Positions 36,183 to 44,162 of a stretch of DNA of 64,000 bases are shown piece by piece. The DNA is from Ferruginibacter sp. (GTDB lineage Bacteria; Bacteroidota; Bacteroidia; Chitinophagales; Chitinophagaceae). The position numbers and the translations under genes were made by a program. A model generated the notes under the pieces. That model saw nothing but the letters and a program-made list of their open reading frames with translations. It had not been told where the DNA came from and made no database searches. Position 1 is the first letter of the stretch; each line of letters opens with the position of its first letter. The stretch lies in NCBI GenBank assembly GCA_039920245.1, contig JBDSEE010000120.1:27036-91035 (forward strand). The letters are read 5' to 3'.

Positions 36183-37460
36183 TTATTTCAACACGAAAAT
36201 TTCATTCCACCTGCTGGTATATCTTGGGCTGCGAAGTTCCTGCCGCATTTTCCAGTTTCGGGTAGTTCCTGAAGCTGCAAACTTTATAATGTCATCACGC
36301 ATGGCAAAATTCATATTGTCGATCATATCCATGAGGAGGCGATTACTGTTATGTAACTGCGGCGTAAATAAATTTGCCTGAATATTTTCATCTGGCACCA
36401 GCCCGCTAAGCATTACACCGGCTTTTTTATATATCCGTCCTTCTTCAAAAAGCTGTGCGGCCATTTGGGTAGCTGCCTTTATTAATACACTCGTATCGGA
36501 AGTTGCCATCGGAAGTATGCTGTATAAGCTTATGGTGGGGCCATGGCGAAAATGTTTTCCAGTACTTATTTCTTTGGGTACCACAAAGACATGAATAATA
36601 TTAGCAGCGCTTTGCTGTCGTCGCAATTTTTCTGCAGCCCGGGTAGTGTATGTTGCTACTGCTTCCTGAATATCCGAAAGCGTTTTGGCAGGCTTTCCAA
36701 ACATGCGGGTACTGGCGATCATTTTTTTGTTTACCAACTGATCCTGCAAATCAGTTGACGGTTCACTCTTGAGTTCCTTTAATAACCTCACTCCTGTTAC
36801 ACCACCAAGATTGGCCCGGGCCCAGGGCTCATTTTTTTTAACGAGATCAAAAGCTGTAAATACCGCAAACATTTCCACGAGTTTTTGTGCATACTGGCGA
36901 CCTATACCCCACACTTCGCCAATAGGAGTATGCTGTAATGCTTCCTGTATTTTTTCTTTTGTGTCAAGCACCACTACGCATTGTGTTTCCTGCTTATTTT
37001 TTTTTGCAAGATGATTGGCCACTTTGGAAAGCACCTTGGTAGGAGCTACACCAATGGACACTTTTATACCTGTCCACTGTTCAACCGTTTTTCTTATATG
37101 CATAGCGGTTGTATGAAAATCGTCGTTGTCACCAAGTTGGAGGAATGCTTCGTCAACGGAATAAACTTCTACCTTTTCAGCTCCAAGTATCATCCGCAGC
37201 GTTTCCATTACCCGCCAGCTCAGGTCGCCATAGAGATTATAGTTGGAAGAAAACGTAGCTACACCGAATTTTTCTATTAGGGGCCGGGCCATAAAATATG
37301 GACCAGCCATTGCCACGCCGAGTTGTTTTGCTTCATCGCTTCGGGATATGATGCAGCCATCATTATTGCTAAGCACTACCACCGGCTTATTATCCAGGTC
37401 CGGGCGAAATAGTCTCTCGCAGGAGCAGTAAAAGCTATTGCAATCTATTATGGCTATCAT
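36183..37460 (-). CDS. umuC: Y-family DNA polymerase V catalytic subunit (UmuC-like, C-terminal DUF4113)
   Basis: IDCNSFYCSCE, VVLSNNDGC, YSVDEAF and WKMRQELRSPRYTS. Confidence 0.93.
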   Translation of the reverse strand: MIAIIDCNSFYCSCERLFRPDLDNKPVVVLSNNDGCIISRSDEAKQLGVAMAGPYFMARPLIEKFGVATFSSNYNLYGDLSWRVMETLRMILGAEKVEVYSVDEAFLQLGDNDDFHTTAMHIRKTVEQWTGIKVSIGVAPTKVLSKVANHLAKKNKQETQCVVVLDTKEKIQEALQHTPIGEVWGIGRQYAQKLVEMFAVFTAFDLVKKNEPWARANLGGVTGVRLLKELKSEPSTDLQDQLVNKKMIASTRMFGKPAKTLSDIQEAVATYTTRAAEKLRRQQSAANIIHVFVVPKEISTGKHFRHGPTISLYSILPMATSDTSVLIKAATQMAAQLFEEGRIYKKAGVMLSGLVPDENIQANLFTPQLHNSNRLLMDMIDNMNFAMRDDIIKFAASGTTRNWKMRQELRSPRYTSRWNEIFVLK

Positions 37461-37494
37461 ATAAAAGAATTAGAGGATGACAGAATTTATAGAC

Positions 37495-37926
37495 CTAAAC
37501 CTGCTTTATTACATAAGTTACTACACCCCAGATCTTGAAATCATTAAATTCCGTGATGCTTATCGGCGATAGCCGTGGGGTTTCAGGTATCAAAGTAAGA
37601 CTGTTCATCGTTTTGTGGTAGCGGCGAATGAGCATCTCCCCATCAATGATAGCAATTACGATCTTGCCGTTTTGTGGTTTTATACTCCGGTCCACAATTA
37701 CAATATCGCCGTCGCTAATGCCGGCACCCACCATACTTTCGCCGCTTACCCGCATGAAAAAAGTAGCGGGCTTATTGGCTATTAATTGCTCATTCAGGTC
37801 AATACCCCGTTCCATATAATCATCTGCTGCTGCCCCAAAGCCGGTTGCGTTTGCATGGGGTACATCATGTTGGGTAAATCGTTTTGATCCACCATAGCTA
37901 CTGCCGAAAAAATTTTCCACCTCCAT
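37495..37926 (-). CDS. umuD: UmuD-like S24 family protein, catalytic Lys replaced by Arg
   Basis: DDYMERGIDLN, ATFFMRVSGESM, GDIVIVDRS and WGVVTY; directly upstream of umuC. Confidence 0.85.
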   Translation of the reverse strand: MEVENFFGSSYGGSKRFTQHDVPHANATGFGAAADDYMERGIDLNEQLIANKPATFFMRVSGESMVGAGISDGDIVIVDRSIKPQNGKIVIAIIDGEMLIRRYHKTMNSLTLIPETPRLSPISITEFNDFKIWGVVTYVIKQV

Positions 37927-37947
37927 AAAAAAAGAATTTGTACAAAA

Positions 37948-37983
37948 CTAAATAATTTAGTAATTTTATGCTAAATAATTTTG
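37948..37983. promoter_or_regulatory. Two tandem SOS-like operators (CTAA-N5-TTAG)
   Basis: CTAAATAATTTAG (37948-37960) and CTAAATAATTTTG (37971-37983), between divergent repair genes. Confidence 0.7.
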
Positions 37984-38069
37984 CATTATTTTATTAACAG
38001 CCCGTGTTTAACCGTACCTGCCATACTTAAGTTGTACAGTCTTTGTTTGAATGCTGTAAAAAAACCTTT

Positions 38070-38681
38070 ATGAAAAACAATACAATCATTCCGGGTTATA
38101 AAACATATGAGTACCTGCTTGTGTTAAATCCGCACGAAGAACTCCGTAATAAGATCATGCAGGTGAAAGAACAGTTTGCAAAGGATTTTCAAACCAGTTT
38201 TGCTGTACACAGTAAGCCACATATTGCGCTGGCTACATTTACACAATACGGCATGATAGAAGAAAGAATTATTAACCGCCTGCATGCAATCGCAATGGGA
38301 TTTCCGCCTATTAAAATTGAGTTGAAAGATTATGGCAGTTTTCCTACACACACTATTTTTATTAATGTATCATCAAAACTTACCGTCACAAACCTTGTGA
38401 AACAAATACGCACCTATGCACAGCGCCTGATGAAACTGGACGCAGACAACAAACCACATTTTCTGCTGGATCCTTTTATACCAATTGGCCGCAAACTTTT
38501 GCCATGGCAATATGAAAAGGCATGGCTGGAATATAGCCACAAACACTTCACGGGTAGATTTATAGCCGATGGAATGTTATTATTAAAAAGGCCGTCAGGA
38601 GAGTTGAATTACCAGATAGTGCAGCGATTTGAATTTCAAAACCTGCCGGTGAATACTGTACAAGCAAGTTTGTTCACTTAA
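38070..38681 (+). CDS. 2H phosphoesterase / 2'-5' RNA ligase-like protein with degenerate motifs
   Basis: YEYLLVL, KPHIALATF and GSFPTHTIFINV. Start reassigned to ATG 38070. Confidence 0.75.
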   Translation: MKNNTIIPGYKTYEYLLVLNPHEELRNKIMQVKEQFAKDFQTSFAVHSKPHIALATFTQYGMIEERIINRLHAIAMGFPPIKIELKDYGSFPTHTIFINVSSKLTVTNLVKQIRTYAQRLMKLDADNKPHFLLDPFIPIGRKLLPWQYEKAWLEYSHKHFTGRFIADGMLLLKRPSGELNYQIVQRFEFQNLPVNTVQASLFT

Positions 38682-38696
38682 AATCTACAGAAAAAA

Positions 38697-39806
38697 ATGC
38701 CAGAGAAGTTGAAACAGGATGCTGTGCCTGTAAGCACAAACACACAGCCGGAAACAGCACAATACCTGCAGGGAAGAGGTGCACAATTCAATACTAAAAA
38801 CAAGTTTATTAAAAATGAAATTGTAAAAGAACATATTGAATCTATTGATGATTGGGAAGAAGTGAATAGCCGCACTCAATATATTGAGATGGAATCAAAA
38901 ACCATAGTTAATAAGGTGGAGAGCCCGGATGTGGGAATGAGCTATAGTATGAATCCTTATGCAGGTTGCGAGCATGGTTGCATTTATTGTTATGCCCGAA
39001 ACGTACATGAATACTGGGGCTATAGTGCAGGTCTTGATTTTGAAAGAAAAATTTTGATTAAGAAAAATGCGCCGCAATTGTTGCGCAAGTTTTTGATGCA
39101 TCCTAAATGGATATGTGCGCCCATAATGCTAAGCGGTAATACAGATTGTTATCAGCCTGCAGAACAGCAATATCGTCTTACAAGAGGTCTGCTGGAAGTG
39201 TGCAATGAGTTTAACCAGCCGGTAGGAATACTTACCAAAAATTCATGGATTTTAAAGGACAAAGATGTGTTGCAGGAGATGGCCCGGAAAAATATTGTAT
39301 CGGCAATGGTAAGTATAACTTCTTTTAATGAAGACTTACGCAGAACTATGGAGCCGAGAACCACAACTGCCAGGCAAAAACTGAAAGTGATAGAAGAGCT
39401 GAGTAAAGCTGGCGTAAGAATGGGTGTTATGATGGGGCCAATGATCCCAGGTCTGAATGAACACGAAATGCAACGGATAATGAAAGCAGCCGCAGAAGCT
39501 GGTGCAACTTTTACTGCATATACTTTTATTAGGTTAAACGGGACGATAAAATTTTTATTCCAGGACTGGCTGTATAAAAATTTTCCTAACCAGGCTGATA
39601 AAGTATGGCATCTTATAGAGCAGAGTCATGATGGTAAAGTGAATGATAGCCGCTGGGGTGTGCGTATGCGTGGCGAAGGAAGCATTGCGCAGATGGTGGC
39701 ACAACAGTATAAAAAATATGGTAAGATATATAACATGAATGCTGAACGGTGGGACCTGGATTGTACAAAATTTAGAAGACCGGGTGGGCAGGGTAAACTG
39801 TTTTAG
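38697..39806 (+). CDS. PA0069-family (SplB-like) radical SAM protein
   Basis: NPYAGCEHGCIYCYAR CxxxCxxC motif, SGNTDCYQ and C-terminal QGKLF. Confidence 0.93.
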   Translation: MPEKLKQDAVPVSTNTQPETAQYLQGRGAQFNTKNKFIKNEIVKEHIESIDDWEEVNSRTQYIEMESKTIVNKVESPDVGMSYSMNPYAGCEHGCIYCYARNVHEYWGYSAGLDFERKILIKKNAPQLLRKFLMHPKWICAPIMLSGNTDCYQPAEQQYRLTRGLLEVCNEFNQPVGILTKNSWILKDKDVLQEMARKNIVSAMVSITSFNEDLRRTMEPRTTTARQKLKVIEELSKAGVRMGVMMGPMIPGLNEHEMQRIMKAAAEAGATFTAYTFIRLNGTIKFLFQDWLYKNFPNQADKVWHLIEQSHDGKVNDSRWGVRMRGEGSIAQMVAQQYKKYGKIYNMNAERWDLDCTKFRRPGGQGKLF

Positions 39807-39872
39807 TTGGTAATAGCATGACATATTTTTATAAAAAATGCAGATCATAAATTTTGAGTAATAAATTTGTTC

Positions 39873-41426
39873 ATGGCTGCTTTTAAAAACGGAATATATC
39901 AGCGCTACCCTGCGCTGATCCTCTTAGGTATTATCCTGCTGAAATTTATCTTTCAATATACCCTGCTCAATCCCGCATATGAACTGCAGAGGGACGAATA
40001 TTTACATCTTGACCAGGCCAATCATCTTGCATGGGGTTTTATTTCAGTGCCACCCTTTAGTTCCTGGATTGCATACATGATCAAACTCTTAGGAAATGGG
40101 ATTTTCTGGATCAGGTTCTTTCCGGCAGCATTTGGGGCATTGACAATTGTTTGCACCTGGCATATAGCAAAAAGATTGAAAGGAAGTTTATATGCTTGTG
40201 TACTGGCCGCAATTGCAGTCTGCTTTTCATCACTGGTGAGAATAAATACCTTATTTCAACCTAACTCTTTTGAAATCCTTGCCTGGACTTTTATTTTTTA
40301 CAGCCTGGTTAGTTTTGTCGAAACCGGTAAAAATAAATGGCTCTATTTTACAGCTATCACTATTGGAATTGGCTTTCTTAATAAATATAATATTGTTTTT
40401 CCATTGATAGGTTTGTTCGCAGGATTGCTTATTTCCTCACAACGAAAAGTGTTTTTTAATAAACATCTTTATGTTGCCTTAATAATTTTTATACTGATTA
40501 TTTTACCAAATATTGGCTGGCAGTTTTTTCATGGGTTTCCTGTTATACAACATATGAAAGAGCTTTCAGCAACACAGCTCGTAAATAATGAGCGTGGGAA
40601 TTTTATTAAAGAGCAACTACTTTTTTTTATCGGTTCAATAATCCTGATCATAATATCATTTTTTGGCTTTGCATTTTACAAGCCTTTCCACAAGCATCGC
40701 TTTTTATTTTACAGTTATATAATTACCATCGTCTTCTATATTTATTTGAAGGCAAAGGGCTACTATGCATTTGGGCTTTATCCAGCACTAATTGCATTCG
40801 GCACTGTATATTTTGAATATCTTTTTTCCGCAGGATGGAAAAGGCTGCTACGAGGGATAGCCATCGCTGTTGTAGTGTTGATGTTTATACCTTTTATAAA
40901 TATTGGAATGCCACTAAGCAGCCCCATGGAAATGAAAAAACATAACAAAGCATTAAAGGAGATGGGCCTATTGAGATGGGAAGATGGCAAAGATCATGAC
41001 CTGCCACAGGATTTTGCAGACATGCTTGGATGGAAAGAATTGGCGCTTAAGACAGATAGTATATATCAAACTTTAAAAGATAGAGATCACACTCTAATAC
41101 TCACAGATAATTATGGCCAGGCAGGTGCAATAAATTTCTATGCACCTCACATCAAGCATGCGGTTTCGTTCAACGCAGACTACGCTACCTGGTTTCCCGA
41201 CTTAGATAGTATTTCAGCTATCATTTTAATTAAAGAAGCCGGTGAACAGGCACTTTCTCCAGAAGAAGCTAAGCATTTTAAAAAAGTTATTACTGCAGGG
41301 ATAGTAACAAATCCCTTTGCAAGGGAGTATAAAACTACTATTAGTCTGTTATTAGGTGTAGATAGTACGATCCTGCCTTATTTAAAATTTAAGGCAATAC
41401 AAGAAAGGAAAAAATATATGCACTAA
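39873..41426 (+). CDS. Glycosyltransferase family 39 (ArnT/PMT-like) membrane protein
   Basis: YELQRDEYL, multi-TM, GFLNKY, KAKGYY and NYGQAGA. Confidence 0.85.
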   Translation: MAAFKNGIYQRYPALILLGIILLKFIFQYTLLNPAYELQRDEYLHLDQANHLAWGFISVPPFSSWIAYMIKLLGNGIFWIRFFPAAFGALTIVCTWHIAKRLKGSLYACVLAAIAVCFSSLVRINTLFQPNSFEILAWTFIFYSLVSFVETGKNKWLYFTAITIGIGFLNKYNIVFPLIGLFAGLLISSQRKVFFNKHLYVALIIFILIILPNIGWQFFHGFPVIQHMKELSATQLVNNERGNFIKEQLLFFIGSIILIIISFFGFAFYKPFHKHRFLFYSYIITIVFYIYLKAKGYYAFGLYPALIAFGTVYFEYLFSAGWKRLLRGIAIAVVVLMFIPFINIGMPLSSPMEMKKHNKALKEMGLLRWEDGKDHDLPQDFADMLGWKELALKTDSIYQTLKDRDHTLILTDNYGQAGAINFYAPHIKHAVSFNADYATWFPDLDSISAIILIKEAGEQALSPEEAKHFKKVITAGIVTNPFAREYKTTISLLLGVDSTILPYLKFKAIQERKKYMH

Positions 41427-41430
41427 CCTT

Positions 41431-42057
41431 TTACAAGTTGTACGAATTAGCCAGTTCCTTCAGTTCCAAAATATTGGTCACTTTCAGCTTATCAAAGATC
41501 CTTGCTTTATGCGTGCCAATAGTTGACACTTGTAAGTTCAATGTATGGGCAATAGAACTCAATGTTTGGCCACTCAATAGCAATGAAACAATCTCAAATT
41601 CCCTGGCCGAGAGGCTGTTCCATAGATTTCCATCTTTATCTTTTCCGCTGCTTTCTGCCAGCATATCTATCATTGCTTCGCTGATATATTTTCTGTCATT
41701 CAATACGAGGTCAATGGCTTTTTTTATTTCATCAAGCGGAGCATCTTTGCTGATAAAGCCACGGGCGCCAGCTTTTAAAAAACGTTTGGCATAAATATTT
41801 TCAGGGCTCATTGAAAATACCAGCACTTTAAGCTGCGGATACTTTACTTTAAAATATTCCATCAGGCCGAAAGTGTCCGTTTTAGGCATTTGAATATCCA
41901 GCATTACCAGGTCATATGTGTTTTCTTTCACTTTTGCCAATGCACTATCGCCATCCTGAGCCTCATCAATCACAGATGGTTTATATAATTCAGATAAAAG
42001 TATTTTGATGCCGGACCTTACTACAACGTGATCATCTATCAACAAAAATTTTTTCAT
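41431..42057 (-). CDS. NarL/FixJ-family response regulator
   Basis: IDDHVVVRSG REC plus LuxR HTH (LSAREFEI...TIGTHK). Confidence 0.95.
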   Translation of the reverse strand: MKKFLLIDDHVVVRSGIKILLSELYKPSVIDEAQDGDSALAKVKENTYDLVMLDIQMPKTDTFGLMEYFKVKYPQLKVLVFSMSPENIYAKRFLKAGARGFISKDAPLDEIKKAIDLVLNDRKYISEAMIDMLAESSGKDKDGNLWNSLSAREFEIVSLLLSGQTLSSIAHTLNLQVSTIGTHKARIFDKLKVTNILELKELANSYNL

Positions 42058-42236
42058 AGTAATTAAATAAGTGTTTAGAATTTATTCGATGGAATTAACT
42101 TATTGCTGCTACAAAAAATGCAAGTAAAGTTACTCAACTTTGCTCCTGTTCAGGAAACCATCTATAAGGTAACTAACTTATCTTCAATTTGCTTTATTTT
42201 TTTTAGATATTTCGTGTTCACAGCTATTATTAAAGG

Positions 42237-44162
42237 ATGAAAAATCATATAAGGAGTTTTAATCTATATAAAGAGAAATTAACTGATTCCGATGCTTCGG
42301 AATTCCTGATGCTGATCTTAGAGCATAGCCGGGAGTTATTAGTTATACTAGATGCAGACCTTAAAATTATAGCATTCAACAAAAAGGCTGCAGAACTATG
42401 TCCCCAAATATTTAATGCTAACCTTATTATTGGCCAATCGATTTGGGAATATGTAGCGGAGGAGCGGTTGGCTTTTGTATTACAGGTTGCTGAAAAACTA
42501 AAAAGTGGGCAGTTCATTGAATACACACATATTTTGCCAAACAAAGACAGAGATGCTTTTTATACCTATCAAATAAAATTTGTGCCTATTCTTGACCAGG
42601 CAAAAAAATTGAATAAAGTTATTTTTAGCGGGATTGATATATCCAAAGAAGCCAAACTAATGCAGGATGGTGAAGCAAGTAAAAATTTACTTCAGCATGC
42701 GGAAGCCATTGCCGGAATAGGAAGCTGGGAATGGGATATAATAAGCGATACCGTTTTGTGGAGTGATGAGTTCTGCCGTATATGCGGCGTAGTGCCAGGA
42801 AAGATAATCCCATCAAAAGAAAAAGGTTTTGCTTTTATACATCCTTCCGACCGGGAGATGGCAGAAAAAATATTAGAAAATAGTTTTAAAACGGGCAATC
42901 CTTATAGTGTACAATTAAGACTTATAACTAATGACGGAGCGCTTAAATATATTCATTCAAGGGGCATAATCATTCGAAATGAAGCGGGCAGGAATGAAAA
43001 ATTTATTGGTACTTTTCATGATATTACTGCGCTGAAGATGCTGGAAACTTCCATTGAGCAAACTCAATTAAAATTTCAACATCTGATTGAAAATAGTGTT
43101 GATGTTATGTTGCTTGTGAATGATAAAAGAGAAGTGATATTTGCCAGTCCTTCTGTACAAACCATGATGGGTTATCATCCCGAAGAAATTCTCGGCATAC
43201 GTTTAGCCCAATTAGCAGCAAAAGAAGATCTTCCTGAAATGCTTATTCATTTTGAAAAAATACTGTCTTCCCCATCCGTACCATATACTTTAGAATATCG
43301 GGTAAATACCAAGGAAGGCAATCTCAAATGGGTGGAAGGAACCATCAACAACCTTTTACATGTGGAAGGCGTTAATAGTATTGTTATCAATCAGCGGGAT
43401 ATTTCTAAACGGAAAGAAACCGAAAAACTCCTACAGCAACTTAATGAAAGTCTTGAAAAACAAGCAATCGAACTTTCTGCTTCAAATGTTGAACTGGAAA
43501 AATTTGCTTACATAGCTTCCCATGATCTTCAGCAGCCATTACGCATGGTAAATAGTTTTTTAAAATTACTGCAAAAAAAATATGAAGATCAGTTGGATGA
43601 AACGGCTCAGCAGTACATTAATTATGCAGTAGATGGTGGCGAAAGAATGAAAGAACTTATTAATGCGCTAATGGAATATTCCAGGCTGGGAACAAAGAAT
43701 CTTTCATGCGAACAAATTGATATGAATACTATTGCCCATTATGTTGTGAATTTATTCAGTAAGACCATTAAAGAATCTAATGCCTTGGTACAAATTCACA
43801 ATTTGCCCATACTTTATGCAGATAAAATTCGAATGCGGCAATTGTTGCAAAACCTTCTGGGTAATGCATTAAAATACAAAGCAGACAAATTTCCACAAAT
43901 TGATATTAGTGCAGAAAATAAAAATGGCTCTTGGGTATTCTGTGTTGCAGATAATGGTATTGGAATAAAGGAAAAAGACAGTTCTAAGATTTTCGAAATA
44001 TTTAGGCGACTGCATACCCAAACTGAATATGAAGGGACGGGTATTGGGCTCTCTATCTGTAAAAAAATTGTGGAAGCCCATGGAGGAAAAATATGGATAG
44101 AGCCAAATGAACCTATGGGAACCAAGTTCTTTTTTTCTATTAAAATATTAGGGGATGTATAA
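42237..44162 (+). CDS. PAS-domain sensor histidine kinase (3 PAS, ASHDL-type HisKA)
   Basis: FAYIASHDLQQPLR, NALKY, DNGIG and GTGIGL. Confidence 0.95.
   Translation: MKNHIRSFNLYKEKLTDSDASEFLMLILEHSRELLVILDADLKIIAFNKKAAELCPQIFNANLIIGQSIWEYVAEERLAFVLQVAEKLKSGQFIEYTHILPNKDRDAFYTYQIKFVPILDQAKKLNKVIFSGIDISKEAKLMQDGEASKNLLQHAEAIAGIGSWEWDIISDTVLWSDEFCRICGVVPGKIIPSKEKGFAFIHPSDREMAEKILENSFKTGNPYSVQLRLITNDGALKYIHSRGIIIRNEAGRNEKFIGTFHDITALKMLETSIEQTQLKFQHLIENSVDVMLLVNDKREVIFASPSVQTMMGYHPEEILGIRLAQLAAKEDLPEMLIHFEKILSSPSVPYTLEYRVNTKEGNLKWVEGTINNLLHVEGVNSIVINQRDISKRKETEKLLQQLNESLEKQAIELSASNVELEKFAYIASHDLQQPLRMVNSFLKLLQKKYEDQLDETAQQYINYAVDGGERMKELINALMEYSRLGTKNLSCEQIDMNTIAHYVVNLFSKTIKESNALVQIHNLPILYADKIRMRQLLQNLLGNALKYKADKFPQIDISAENKNGSWVFCVADNGIGIKEKDSSKIFEIFRRLHTQTEYEGTGIGLSICKKIVEAHGGKIWIEPNEPMGTKFFFSIKILGDV

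Noticed and set aside
37005-37015. A9 run inside umuC
   Set aside because: The reading frame is intact and no alternative frame gives a meaningful product.
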